Below are positions 47,103 through 62,242 of a DNA stretch of 64,000 nt, one piece after another (within the stretch, counting starts at the first letter, position 1; each line of letters opens with the position of its first letter). The stretch lies in the NCBI RefSeq assembly GCF_009914755.1, contig NC_060937.1, one strand, 5' to 3'. The position numbers were made by a program, and so were the translations under genes. Below the pieces are notes generated by a model. The model saw only the letters and a list, made by a program, of their open reading frames with translations, was not told the origin of the DNA and did no database searches. This DNA is from the human T2T-CHM13v2.0 reference genome, Homo sapiens.

Positions 47103-48924
47103 AGAACATATTGCTCATTCATGACAAAGTAGCGGGAGTTATAGAATATAAATAATATCAATGAAACGGAAACACTTCATTTTATTATTCATATCATAGT
47201 CACTAATGCAATACAGTTTGAGAGCAGCTAATGAGGTATTTTTTAAATTACTTCCAGAATTTAATCAAGGAATCAATTTGAAGTCACTGTACTATTAACA
47301 AGGATTCTAATTTTAAAGAAAAAATAAGGACCATGTTGCCTCATAAGGTTGTGGGGTTCAGATGTTCACATCTGTACACATTTCATTCAGATCATATGTT
47401 TATTGTCCTTGGGTTCACTATGTGATTTCTCACACTCATCTCTTTACCAAATGTTATAAACAATTTTAAATTGTTTTCATTGTAATCTCAAATTCTGATT
47501 GTGTATGTAATTTATTTTGATGGGAAGAGTAAAAAGGAATGGAAAATTTACACAATGTTTACATTTGTTTCAATATATTTCAAAATATACTTCTCAGCAG
47601 AAATGAAAAAAAAATCCGTTTCTTGAAATTGTACTTACAGCTGTGCATGACCTTTTTTTTGTTTTTGCCACTTTTAGTGGTCACTCATGTTTATGCAAAT
47701 CTCCAATTTAATCAAACAAAACCCACCAGTGTTTCCACTGAAACTATTTTTTTTACTTTAGCCCACAGAGTTATTTCTTTAAACAATGCATGTACAGTTT
47801 TAAGTGTTGTGTTTAAATATGTACACACTTAGGTTTTAATTTATTTTTTCTTTTGCATAGAAAATATCACAAGGATTCTTCAATAATTAATAATTGTTTT
47901 TAAATTGTACCACTTCTGTTTTTTGGGTTTGACATAATTTGCCTTTAGTATAAGCTTGGTTAAATTATCTTAATGTCATTTTTAGTTCGTTTGGTTAAGC
48001 ATAATCAAGTTAGCATATAATGTCCTAATAAATTATAAAAATATTTAATTTTAATACAGCATCAACTTTAACTCTTTCCAAACAAGATATAGCTATTTAC
48101 ATGAAAGTTGTGTAATATCAGCGTTCCTCTCAGGTGGGTTTATATGCATGCAGTTTATTTTTCATGTTTTTAAAACATAGTCATTAAATGTAAATCACAT
48201 AATATTACCTACTGATTAATTTTCTTGTATTGATTATTTAAAATAGATATTCAGAAGAGATTGACCTCCCTTCAATGTTTGAATTAGTAGTCTTTGAAAG
48301 ATGGTTATTAAAGTATGAGTAATGTATAGGGAGAAAGGAAGAAACATGTCTTTCAGGAAAAAGAGAGAAAAGAAGAGAGAGACTTTCTTTTTGCCAAGAT
48401 CACTTTTAGTCACTTTACTTTTTTAAAAACCTCCACTTTTCTTTATGGAAAGCAGTAAGCATGTTATTTTTGTCACTAGTTACATTCTTTACTCCTTGCA
48501 TAGTTTCCACGCCTAGTATGTTTAAAGAGATGGCTATAAAGCTCTTATGATGTGGTTTCTCAGGGACACATTGCTCCAAAGAATGGTCTGTGCATGTTTC
48601 AGCACACAGTGAGCAGATGTGGGAAGTCATTCGGTCTGTGAAAGGGGAGATATGGTGGTGGCATATTTCCTGTATTTCAGGCGTAGATTCTAATGGCTTA
48701 ACTAATATCGGGTAGCAGGCGTAGAGCAATAATAAAGATCTAAGGACATTGAGATAAAGACCTAATAAAGAAGCCAATTTCTTAAATCCAAATATTATAC
48801 TTACCAAATCTCATATCTTCTCGAGGTTGATCAACACCAATATGCTTTCCTTTTTCTTTTATGGTTTATATAGTTATTTTTAAAATTACTTAATGTGATT
48901 TCTCTTTTTAAAAAACTTCATGAT

Positions 48925-49806
48925 TTTTAATTAACATTTTATTTGGAGGTAATTGTAGAATCATATGAAGTCATAAGTGTTAGGGAAATATAATTAAAAA
49001 GAGTCTTCTCCCAAGTCCATAAAACCTCTCCACAAAGTAAAAGAAATGAAATTATTTTAATATTTAATAAGCATTAAATTAGAATGTAATATGCATTATA
49101 AGCAGTCAGCTAAGAGATGCAAAGACAGAGAAATCTGATCTTTTCTTATAGCCAAGCAGATACAACTCATTACGTATGTATTTTCAAATAAGCAATAACT
49201 AGTCCTCAAGAAAGAGGACAGACTTGGCACTATTTGTCACATGTAATTCATCCTAAATTCACGTGGTAATTGGGGTGACCACCATCTATGTTAGCTAATT
49301 GGCTTTATCTAGAGGGAAAACAAACTTCGTTATCTCTTGATGATAGGAGGTAGTTATGCAAATTGAAGCAAGGGTCTCGCCTTGCTAATTTGGAGGTTAG
49401 GCTCCTGCCTTCCCATAGAAACTAGGAGATAGGGATGATGTCTCTCTTGAGGTTTGTATTTCAGAGAGAAGTCTCTCAAGTTCTTGAGAAAGCCAATCCT
49501 GGATCATAAGAGTGACAAAAAGGCCATCTAGAAGTCAAAAGGATTTACATACATTTCAAAGAGAGGAGAAAGTACTTACAATTACACATTTTCTAAAGTA
49601 AGTGCCTTGAGAAAAAAAGAGTACTTCTTATCTTCCCTTATTGTCCACAGAGAGAATTATGCCTCTTATTTTAATTTACATTTGTAATTACATAAGAAAT
49701 AATAACGATGAGATCCTGTGTACCCTTTACCCAACTTCCCCTATAGTAATGTTTTACAAAACTGCAGTACGTTATCAAAACTTGAATATTAATGTTGATA
49801 AAGTAA
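48925..49806 (-). mobile_element. L1MC-type 3' end split by an LTR
   Basis: ttttatttggaggtaattgtagaatcatatgaagtcataag | aaataataacgatgagatcctgtgtaccctttaccc. Confidence 0.7.
48978..49692 (-). mobile_element. ERV1 MER4-group solo LTR (MER89/MER90-like)
   Basis: TG...CA termini with 4-bp TSD taag (48974-48977 and 49693-49696); ggttaggctcctgccttcccatagaaac motif shared with the LTR at 11.3 kb. Confidence 0.75.
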
Positions 49807-50284
49807 AAAAAAAAAAAAAGAAAATGTGGATTTGTTGATATTTGTTTCAGTTGCGCTTTGTAAGAGAAATAGGAAAAATGCAACTACTGCCTCTTCTTGG
49901 AAGAAAAAATTCCATCCTTATGATTTTTAAGCCTTCTGTTTGGTAGCCAACCAATAGACAATTATCAGTGTCTATGGTTTATTAAAGACAATATATTCCC
50001 ATACCTTTGAATATATAATCAAATAAAACATGAATTATTTGAGTTTTATTCATGATTTTGATTAGGTATACCTCTTCTCTCCTTTGTGAAAAGTATATGG
50101 GATGGATTATACTGGTATGTTTCATCGACACATATGTAGGTTAAATCAGTACTTGACAGGTTTACACTACATGAATCAGTAAAATTGAAAGAGAAAGATT
50201 AGAAGTTACCAATATTGAAGATTTGCCAGCTATTTATTTTGTAAAGTAAAAATGAAACAAAATTTTTAAGATAAACATTCACTC

Positions 50285-50560
50285 TTTTTTTTTTTTTTTT
50301 TTTTTTTTGAGATGAAATCTTGCTCTGTTGCCTAGGCTGGAGTGTAGTGGCACTACCTTGGATCACTGCAACCTCTGCCTCCCGAGTAGCTGGGACTACA
50401 GATGTATATCACCAGGCTGGCTAATTTTTTTTTTATTTTTTTGTAGAATAAGTTTTTGCCATGTTGGCCAGGCTGGTCTCGAACTCCTGACCTCAAGTGA
50501 TCTGCCCATCTTGACCTTCCAAAGTGCTGGGATTACAGGTGTAAGCCACCGTGCTCTGCC
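50285..50560 (-). mobile_element. AluS with right-arm deletion
   Basis: Poly(T); ctctgcctcccgagtagc junction; TSD cattcact. Confidence 0.9.
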
Positions 50561-51184
50561 AGCATTCACTGTTTATTATCATAATAATGTATTTCCAAGT
50601 AATGAACATTTATTTTATCACCAAAATGCATACAGGTTACATATTTAGAATAAATAACTGATATTCATCACATAGGATAGTTAGAAACTTTATACAGCCA
50701 ACATTTTTCTTATAAGTGAGGCATTTACAATTTTTAATAAAGAAAAATACATAAAACTTTTTGATAGTATAAGAAAAAATGGCATACAATTTTATTTTGT
50801 GGTCAATCATTGATATAGTAGGTGTCTTGACCCAAGTTTTTAAATGTGGTAACCTGTTTCTTGCAGTACAACATAAAGTAGAGCACAACATCCAACGTGT
50901 TTATATATTTCATTTTTATGGGCCTTATAAAACAATTCAATTTTATATAGATATTTTTTAAAAATTGCAAGTACTACTAATTTACTTGATTATTCAGAAT
51001 ATTCTAGAAAACTAAGAAGATCTAAAATTCAGTGCCCTTTAGGCTGCCTATGCCACCAGTTGGTGACATTTCACCAGGTGTGTAACCAGTGAAGGCTCTA
51101 GACAGGAGGATTCATTGTGTAGCCAACATATTGGCTGAGGAACACAGGGTTGTGATTGTTCCACAAGGATCACCTAAAAATTTA

Positions 51185-51930
51185 GCTGAATTATTCACAG
51201 TAGCCGCAATATGGAATCAATCCAACTGTCCATCAATGGATAAACAGATTTTAAAATGTTATATCTATGTTATATATAATATATATAAAATGTTATATAT
51301 AATATATAAATATATATATAAAATGTTATGTAATATATATATATACACTGTGTACATATATTATATATACACTATATATAATATATATATAATGTACTCT
51401 GTGGAATATTATTCAGCCATAGAAGAGAAGAAAATCCTGACATTTGTGACAACAACATGGACAAATATGAAGAACTTATGCTAAGTAAAATAAACTGAAC
51501 ACAGAAAGGCAAATATTGTCTGATTTCACTTACCTATGGAATCTAAAAATGTCAAAAGTATAGGAACAAAAGTAGAACAGTGGTTGCCAGGGACTAACTC
51601 TGGGGGAAATGGAAGGATGTTGGCCAAAGGTTTCAAATTTTCAGTTTTAAGATGAGTAAGTTCTAGGGATCTAATGTACAACGTGGTGACTATAGTTAAT
51701 ACTGTATAGTTTACTTGAAATTTGCTAAGAAAGCAAATTTTCAGTGTCCTCACCCCCCATCCCCCCGCACCCCCAACACACAAAGGGTAACGTAACCATG
51801 CATGGCAATGGATGTTAATTAATTTGACTGTTGTAGTCAGTACACAACATATATGTATAGCAAATCATCACACTGGGCCCCTTGAATGAATACAATTTTT
51901 AATTGCTAAATTTATATTTTATAATTAAAA
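51185..51930 (+). mobile_element. L1MA/MB 3' end with embedded (TA)-rich tract (~51255-51395)
   Basis: ttattcacagtagcc...tgtccatcaatggataaa; ggaatattattcagccat; tacttgaaatttgctaag. Confidence 0.85.
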
Positions 51931-52947
51931 AGTAATTAACTGAAGTTGAAGCCCTGGGCTGTAAATGTTGCACCAAAAGTAAGTATTGGTTCAGTGATGT
52001 GCAATAGTGAAGTACTGAGTAAATGAAAGACTAGACCTAATCCAAGGTCACTCTAAATGTGAGCTCCTTTCCATCTAGAGAGAAATGGACAAGCAGCAAA
52101 TGATCTTTGGAGAAGATGTGGAATCCTAGCCATTGAAGGCAAGGTATTTTATTAAATTTTTGCTGTCATAGAACATCTGGCATCCTCATGGATGGGGGAG
52201 TCAATGTTCCAAGGAGAGAGGTAATTGCACTTCTAGGACAAGATAGTAATAACAGCTAGATAAAAATGTGGTGTTAGTAGATTTTTTGAAAAGTGATATA
52301 TGGAGGAGTTTGCAAGATGAGGAAGGCAGTAAACTTGGAAAAAGGGTGACAAAAACAAATAAATGCCAGGCAAATGAATGTTTCAGGCGTGTTTTTAAAA
52401 ATATTAATAGTTTTTTAGATTACTAAATCACCATGTTTGTTATAGAAGTTTAAGGAAATATTGAAAAATATACAGAAGAAAAATATCAAATCATTCATAA
52501 CTCTCTAACCTAAACAGATTTGCTGTATAAACATTTTTCCTTACTTTAGGAAAATAATTACAAATGAACTTGGAGATTTTTGCATTTGTTTCACATAAAA
52601 GGCATATACTGTACAAAGACCCACACAGATAAGAAAATGAGCTTGATACAGCTTGGATAGGAAAGAGGTGGTGACATACAAAGTCAGAAATTTTAAAAAA
52701 TAAAAAAAGACTGGCATATAAGAAAACCTAAAATATTTTAAACATGGTAGCTCACTAATGATCACTGTTAGACTTGTCCTTGAGTCACATCAAACATTCA
52801 GTTGCACAGAATTCTTCTTGAAGATTTGCTCATAGTTTAACCACACTGCTGTGAAAATGTACATCTAGGAAGCCGATAATAGAATGGTAAAACATCATTA
52901 ATTTGAGGGATACAGCCTTACGGATAAAATTGTCTTTATTATTGTAG

Positions 52948-53353
<406 letters not shown>

Positions 53354-55224
53354 AAAATGTATTATACTTATTAAACATCCTTAAGCCTTGAGGATATCAT
53401 AAGGAATTCAATTTCCTAGTTAAACACTTACTTTAAATAAAATATGGCATCTAGTGGCACACATAACCTTCAAATGAGCCAAAATTAATCACTTGTGATT
53501 CTGAACTAAATTCATAGATTTACTATTACCAAATTCCTGGAAACATTTATAATAACTATTATTGTTGACAAGATAGTTTCAAGGACATTAATATAGCAGC
53601 ATAACATGATTATTTAATATAATAATGTGATGACAATACACATATGGTTGCTACATTTTGAACATAAAATTTTTATTTTCTAAAGAACCGTATTATAGAT
53701 TTTCAAAAACTGAATAGTGATATTTTTATGTAGCCAAAGAATAATGTTAAAAGTATACAATGTTTCTTCTTGGTACATAATTTAAGGATAACAATCACTG
53801 ATTTCTCGCCTACTCATGAATATATGTATGTGTGTACACACATATATGAGCAAGCCCATGTCTACTATACAGACTATCTGAATACGTAGATATGAAAGAT
53901 AACTGTCCTGAAACTTTTCTCATTGTTAACCCAAGTATTAAAAACAATGCTGACCCTTTAGCTGTGAACTCTTCTGAGCCAGATATGTGAAAAAGAGTGA
54001 ATATGCAAGAGAGGACAGAGCTATTTAGATCTCTGGTTTTTCTTGGGTGTTAGGAGAAAAGTATAATGAGGTGATTAGCACTGACATTTTCCTCCGATAC
54101 AGCATTAATTATTTCAGAGTCACTTTGATGCCAAAGAATGATCAGAAATCACAAATAAAATTATTTATTGAAATACAGATATATTTCCAGAATATTACTA
54201 ATTTCTAGTTTAGTTAAATATGGTATTCACCAATTTGAACTGGGGCTAAAAAACGGTCTCCAGGCCCAAAAGATCACTTTTTACATATCAGTTTGCCTGT
54301 AAATAAATAAATGAGAATTGTACAAGGTGCAATGTGGAATTTCAAGCCGGAACAGAGTACAATGAGAACAGACATGAGGCTGATAACAAAATTTATGCTA
54401 ATAGAGATTAATGGTTGAGGTTGTAAAATCAAGGTCTGTAGCCTTCAGAACATATTTTCTGATGATTTCAAATTAGTGAATTATTTCCTTTCTTGAAATT
54501 TCTATTCAACTTAAAGGTCATGATACATATTTTTATTTATTATAAATACTTTCTTAAACGATAGGAATTTTTATATCACAAAATTAATTGTAATCACTCT
54601 TGAGAATAGGAGTCATTGTTTCTAATGTTGTGTTTCTCACCATCCATCACCACAAATGTTCAATAGAAATTTCTCAATGCTTTTAAATCAGTGAATTAAT
54701 CAAATGATTAATAGATGAGATAAAATAAACCAGAGTTGTTTTTATAAAATAGTATAAATCAAGAATCATGTTTTTCTAAACTTTGATTTTTAATATCTAT
54801 TTTTTTCCTAAGCTACCATGCGTCTTCAAAGATTCAATTTGAATCTTTTTAAAATAAATTGTGATTAATGATAAATTAATAATAAATATTATTCTAATTA
54901 ATAATAAATTAGATTTTTTTATACTTGTTGCAATCGCTAACTACACGTTTTGTTTCCTATATTGTCATACTTATAAAAGCTTATAATTTAATATAATAGC
55001 TTTTTATATTATATATACCTATATATGTATATACACACATACATCTATTCATGAGTAGGCTAGAAATTAGTGATTGTTATCCTTAAATTATGCACCAAGA
55101 AGAAAAGCCATCTGCAATGCTTACATATACACAAGACACTAATTAATACTCCTGTCTTTACTGTCACTGTCAACACCTGTATTTTTTATTTCCCTAGTTT
55201 AAAAATTATTTTAAAAGTGTAGAG

Positions 55225-55560
55225 GGCTGGGTGTGGTGGCTCATGCCTGTAATCCCAGCACTTTGGGAAGCCAAAGTGGGAGGATCACGAGGTCAGATGA
55301 TCGAGACCATCCTTCTGGCTAACACGGTGAAACCCCGTCTATACTAAAAATACAAAAAAAAAAAAAAAAAAAAAAATTAGCCAGGTGTGGTGGCACCCGC
55401 CTGTAGTCCCGGCTACTCAGGAGGCTGAGGCAGGAGAATTGCTTCAACTTGGGAGGCGGGCGTTACAGTGAGCCGAGATCGCACCACTGCACTATAGCCT
55501 GGGCAACAGCGTGAGACTCCATCTCAAAACATAAACAAAAACAAACTCAAACACAAACAA
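55225..55560 (+). mobile_element. Alu (Sc8/Y-like) with expanded middle A-tract
   Basis: Full dimer, linker of more than 20 A; TSD a(a/g)aagt(g/a)taga. Confidence 0.92.
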
Positions 55561-55998
55561 AGAAGTATAGAAACAGGTTTTATAATACACAAAAATCATT
55601 TTAAAGAAGAAACAAAGTAATTGCAAAATAGACTCCTCATATAATCAGATAATCCAAAAATGTTTAAGCCAAAAAAAATTGTATTCATAAAGAAGAAAAT
55701 GGTATTAAAATTTATGGATAGTGGTAGAAAAAAAAGACAATTTTGAAGTTATCTTTAAATTATATTTAATATGTTCAATTTGTCTTTCAGAGATATTTTA
55801 GGTTATCAAAATGACAAATTAACTTCTTAGAGTACACTAATTTAATGGGTTAAAAATGTAAATGAAAAATTGCCATATAAGGCAACTGTTTTTTAAAACA
55901 AGGATGAACCCTTGTTGAAGAGAAATAGACGTGTAATCCACTAAAAATAGAGATAGTTACCTGTTGTTAAAATTATTTAATGTTTAATAATTTACTTG

Positions 55999-56050
55999 TT
56001 ATTATACTTTAAGTTCTGGGATACATGTCCCAGAACTTAGAGTATAATAA
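55999..56050. mobile_element. Micro-insertion of an L1 3' terminus with fold-back inverted copy
   Basis: ttattatactttaagttctggga-tacatg-tcccagaacttagagtataataa; left arm matches the L1 terminus at ~45334-45360. Confidence 0.8.
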
Positions 56051-57637
56051 TTTACTTTTCTCTTCAGAAAACAACATTTGTTTTAAAAAATACTTGCATT
56101 TTACTCAATAAACTATTATTTCAATTAAAGAAAATGAATATACATCCTTTACATTAGCTAAATGAGTTTGGCTTAAAATGTGTATCTCCGATGTAAAGAG
56201 GTATTAAAATAATGTAGGTGCTTACAGAAAACATACCTTTGCTAAGGTTAACTTCGTGAAGCAAATGTTTAAATCAAAATATTAAAATCTTGAAAATTTA
56301 GCAAAAGTTACATACACATACTATTTAATATACATACTGTTTCAAATAAAAGCTTAGTTTAAATAAGTTCAAGTTGTACACCAGTCTCTTCAGGTAAAGC
56401 ATCAGACATTGAGACTACTTTTAATTTTATAAAGTGAATTCATAATAAAAATGTCTACAATATATTAATATTTTAATTTCAGAAATGTATATTTTTATTA
56501 TAATAGTGAATATCACAGATAAGAAAAGAACAGTGATAGACTGAGGTTTTTTTTAATGAATGTCAATGTGCAAAGTAAAAATGCTTCAAGTCAAGGACAG
56601 CAGTAATTGTGTGAATTCTAACACGCAGTAATATAAAATGCCCATGTCAAGTTAAGCAGAAATGACATTTTGAAAAGCCTCGACATGTACTCAAAATGAT
56701 ATTGTGTGATAAAAGAATTGACGAATGGAAAACACTTCTAAATTTCCTAGTACTCTCTTGGGACTTTCCAATTCTAAAGATTTAATACATACTGAACAAA
56801 GTGTGGGGATACCTTTTAAGCCTCATCTATCACTAAAGAGCCACAAAGTTATATCCCGAAAAATAGTTTCATGCCATAAATTTTACTAAATGTATTGAGT
56901 TATCCAAAAATAAAAGATCAATCTTGAAGACAGTCTGATTTTTGGCATTTTGATACATAAAACCATTTATTATTTTATACAATTGAATAATTGCTTTAAT
57001 CGCTTACCACAGTAATTGTATTTTCTAATTAATCGAACCAACAAAGTTTTACTTATGTTAAACCTATAAATATTGACTATAATTTGATTATAACTTTGTA
57101 ATTATTTATTGTGAACTCAAAATATGTTTAAACATAAAATAGTTTTAACCTGTATCATCAAAGGTATATAACAAATTAAAAGTATACTAAAATTTCGTTA
57201 CTCACCTACTAGATTGGTAAAAATCCTATATTATCAAGATACACTGGAGAATCCCGAGTAATGTAATTTTGAAACATAATTGTAAATAACTCATTATATT
57301 TCAAATATAAGTTTTCTAATGTTTTCAAAAGCTGTGGTTGCTGAAGAGTCTAGAACCTCTATGCCCCAGTTACCTCCTGCCAATGGAGCATTAGTGATTG
57401 TGCTAACCCAATATCAGATTCAAGATGTGAAATTCAAAGTATTTGAATGTTTCCGAGGCTGATCTTCACCCAGTACATTCACTGGCTTTGGTGAGGTGGA
57501 AACATATGTATCAAGCACATTGTATTTATATCCATCTGTGGAAACATGACGATTTTTTTTAAATTTAAGATTTAGTTCAAGAATCTTATTAATGTAAAAT
57601 GGCAGGCTTTCAGATATAGTGGAATAAAACCTATTTC

Positions 57638-57893
57638 TATTATTCCAAACTATATATATATTATTATTCCAAACTATATATATATATTATTCCAAACTAT
57701 ATATATATAATATATATTATTCCAAACTATATATATATATTATTTCAAACTATATATATTATTCCAAACTATATATATAATATATATTATTCCAAACTAT
57801 ATATATATTATTATTTCAAACTATATATATATTATTCCAAACTGTATATATATATAATATATATATAATTCCAAACTATATATATATATATAT
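57638..57893. repeat. Minisatellite: 10 units of ttatt(c/t)caaac(ta)n
   Basis: Direct count of caaac-anchored units. Confidence 0.92.
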
Positions 57894-58328
57894 GGCTCTA
57901 CTAGTTTACCTTACCATCAACAGAGTGTAAGAATTCCTCTTGTCCACATCCTAGACACCATATATTAGCTTTCATCGTTTTGATAGTAGCCATTCTAATT
58001 GGGGTGAGGTAATATCTCATGGTAGTTTTGATTTGCATTTTCCTAATAATTTGTGATTTTGAGTATGTTTTTGATATACCTGTTGGTCATTTGTATCTCT
58101 TCTTTTGAGAAATGTCTATTCAGATATTTTCCCCATTTTTAATCACATTATTATTATTATTTGCTATCTCGTAATTTGAGTTTTTTTAATATATTCTGGA
58201 TATTAATCCCATGTCAAGTGGCATATAGTTTGCAAACATTTTCTCCCATTCTTTAGATTGTTTATTCTGTTGAGTGTTTATTCTGTTGATTGTTTACTTG
58301 GTTGTAGAAACCTTTTAGTTTGACTTAA

Positions 58329-58659
<331 letters not shown>

Positions 58660-58830
58660 GTTACCTATGTTTTTTAAGTCTTATCCAAAATATCCTTGCC
58701 CAGACCAATGTGATAAATTGTTTTCTCCAAGTTTTCTTTTAGTAGTTTTATAGTTTTGGGTTTTATAAGACTTTAATCAATTTTGAGTTCATTTTTTAAA
58801 GTTTTATATGTATAATTTAAAACCTTTCAT

Positions 58831-58855
58831 TATATATATATACACACACATATAT

Positions 58856-58906
<51 letters not shown>
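58831..58906. repeat. Compound (TA)n/(CA)n microsatellite
   Basis: Direct observation. Confidence 0.95.
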
Positions 58907-58907
<1 letters not shown>

Positions 58908-61900
58908 CCATCAATTTAAATGACATTATCTTTCAGAAGAAATTGTTCCTATGGTACCTAATACAAGATAAAGATATTACATAGAAAAAAATACTAGAAT
59001 TCTTTAAGGGGTGACCATCCAAAAAGATGCATGTCATCCTTTTGCACTTAAATATGCCATGTTTTAAATTTTTGAAGAGGAGAGGATGCAGGGGAAGGTA
59101 TTGTCATTAGCAATACACGTGGTCTAGAGTGCAAATCATGTAGACTTTTGTCTTGTATGTTGATGTTATGAAACTAAGAGTTCTGAATTTAGTAAAAAAA
59201 ATAACTCCAAGGAGGAAGAAAAAATAAATATATTTATATAAAATATAGGCACTATGTTATATATGGGCACTATATTATTAGGCATTCACTGTGTCATAGT
59301 CCAAGCTTTGTTTTTATTCAGTTGGACATTGCAGACTGCAAAAACAAAAGGACCAGCATTTTCATCTTGCACATTTTATTACCCCTTTGTTTAAATAACA
59401 AAAAGTACTGCTGGGAGGCCAATTGTAGAGCTCACAGGCCACATCAACTGATGAACTCCAGGATGCTATTCAGACCTCAGTATTTTCTAGAATACTAAAA
59501 AATGCTGGCAACAAAATAGAAAATGGATAAGATTAAAAGAAAGAGATTAAAACATATTCAAAATCCTCATCAGACATTAAATTATTCTCCTAAAATCATG
59601 CAGTTTCTATTTCATTGTCTACCCAAAACAAAATAATCATAGCAATTGGAATGTCTTCTTTTATTTATAATGCCAACATATAAGGTGGTCCTGTCAAGAT
59701 TAATTGTTTTCATTATATTGTTTTGAGTTTTTATATTCTTCACTTTTATTACTAAGAATTTCACTGCTGTCTTTTCTGTTTATTTTTGGAGAAGAATTTC
59801 AAACATATGAGGGTAATTTGGGTGTTTTTTACTGTTTAAAAACAGTGAAAGATCTATTAATAGTCTATAATTATTGATTTCAGTATCTGGAAACAAATGT
59901 CTAAAGTTTATTCAGTTTGATAGTAAATAATTAGTAGGCCAATAATTTCAGTGTTATTGATTCATTACATATTAGCCAAATTGTATTTGTATGTAGAAGG
60001 ATTTAATCAGCAAGGGGGCACTTTCTGAGGTTCTCTGTACTGGCCCTGTGGCCCTACACATCTGATTTCTCTTTTGGCTGAAATTTTCACTGGGAATTGT
60101 CCCATCTTCTATTCTGATTTCCAAACAAAGCTTTATTCTTCCTTTCCTATGTAAACTCCTATTTGTCCTGTGAAACTTGTTTCACATACCTGCTCACTAA
60201 AAATTTTCAACATTATCTGATTAGCCAACCGATATTTATTTTATCCAGTCACTGAGTTATTTACATTCTTCAGTCTCATAAATTTGCACATTGTGAGAAT
60301 TCCTCACATGCAGAAATCTGTTTTTTTTTTCTGAAATCCCAAGGCTTAGCATAATTTTTTCCTTGTATAGAAGAAACTAAATATTTGAACATATCAGTAA
60401 GTGGAAACTTCCATGTATCCTCAAAATGATGTCTCTTGTAAATAATATCAACGACAGGTTCCAAGACTCGCCATTCAGATGGTATTTTCCACAAGCGTCA
60501 TTGTAAGAACAGTATCTCATTGTAGATGAAAACCTTTTATTTTTAACCACACATAATGGTCAATAACCATCCAAACTGAAAGTGCCCCTTGTCATTTGGG
60601 AGATTCTGTCCCAAAACAGTGGTTAATTATAATGTCACTGTATGGTCAGAAGCAAGTACTTAATCTTGGGCAAGCTCTACTCCAGTTATTCTTTGAGCTA
60701 TGCCTAAATGGAGAGAGTAGGAATTACCTTCTCATATTCTAGAATTAAGCTATGCCTATGGTACCGTTCAAATACTCAACAAATGTATGCCATTTTAAAG
60801 GCCTCTAGTCTGTCACTCTGATACCATCCATTACTGCATTTTGTTTTCATGTGATAGCACAGCAAGTGATATTGAATAAGTTGTATATGAGAAGTATTCT
60901 GATTCTTCTAAGAATACTTTTTCCAGGATTTTTACTGTTTGAGTCATAGGTTAACTAGAGAATAAGAGACTGAGACACTTAGAGCTAATATAAAATAGTG
61001 AAATCTTTTTCTACTAAATTTGAATAATAGAAGTAAAATGAATAATCCCAAATATTTTGTTTTCTATACCAGAAAGGGAAGAAGGAGACTTAGAATTGAT
61101 AGAAAAAAGTCATTTTTTAAAGAAAGTTTGTTTTATGCCAAGGTACAAGTGATTATAGCAGTATGCATTTTTGTACTAATTACCACTTATTTATATATGG
61201 TATATGCCTCCAAAAGACATACTGTTTCACATAAAAATAATAACCATCATCTAGAATATATTCTAAGGAAAACAACACATTTTAATGAAAATAATGACTA
61301 ACAATATTATTGCACACTTACCATGTGCCAGAAACAGATATTTTAGATGGATTATCTCAATTAAACTTAACAAACATATTATGAGGTAGATTTATTTCAT
61401 TCCCATTTTGTTGGTAAGGCCATTTTCAAAAGTCTACACCATTTCCCGCTCTCACAAGTAGAACTATGACATTATTCCATCCTTGCCTAGTAGAATTACA
61501 TAAAAATATCATTTATTAAATATTTTCTAATTTTATGGGTACACATGGTAAAATATAAAATTGGTTTCCTTGGAGATTTTTTGTAAAAATCAAGGCAAAT
61601 CACCTCTTTATTTCATAGTCTTTCTTCCATCTTAGAGCTTTATTGCAGGAGGTATATCATGTAGAAAGCAGCATTTGAGTTGGCAGCTGAAACAGGATTG
61701 GAGCTCTCTGCAAAGCAAAAATCCCAAAGAGTATTTTTACATGCTTGACACCGTTTATAAGAACGCTTTTACTGCCTGTATTAATAGCAAGTAATTTCTG
61801 AAATTTCAAACTAATTCAAGTGTTAGTGGTGAACTAAAATGGAAAGAGTATGAAGTCGGGAGTGAGTCATCTTATTTTACGGCTCAGACATTTTTGGCAC

Positions 61901-62009
61901 ATCTGGAGTGGCCTTTAGGAAAGTATTGACTGCTCCAGAGACAGTTTTGTGCACATGCTCACTTTATTACAATTAGTACACTACTTCATATAATTCCTAC
62001 TACAAGTAG

Positions 62010-62242
62010 TTTTAATCAGATATTAAGCCACCCTCCTCCATCCTACCTGCCATTCACTATCCAGTTTTGTTTTATTTCTTTATGGAATTTTTAATTATCT
62101 GAAATTATTTATTTGTAAGCTTTTGGTTGTTGTTTATGTCTCCCCACAGGAATGTAAAGTACCATCCTATCCTTGTTCAACACTGTATCCCCAGGACCAT
62201 GGCCTGACATATACTAGGCATTTTATAATAAGATGTTTATGA
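62010..62242 (+). mobile_element. L2 3' end fragment
   Basis: tgtctccccacaggaatgtaa...cttgttcaacactgtatccccagg...cctgacatatactaggca. Confidence 0.7.

Noticed and set aside
50365-50392. Deletion in Alu right arm
   Set aside because: Common slippage between repeated gcctcc motifs; recorded as a feature only
57638-57893. CRISPR-like repeat-spacer array
   Set aside because: The apparent spacers are only (TA)n of varying length; it is a VNTR
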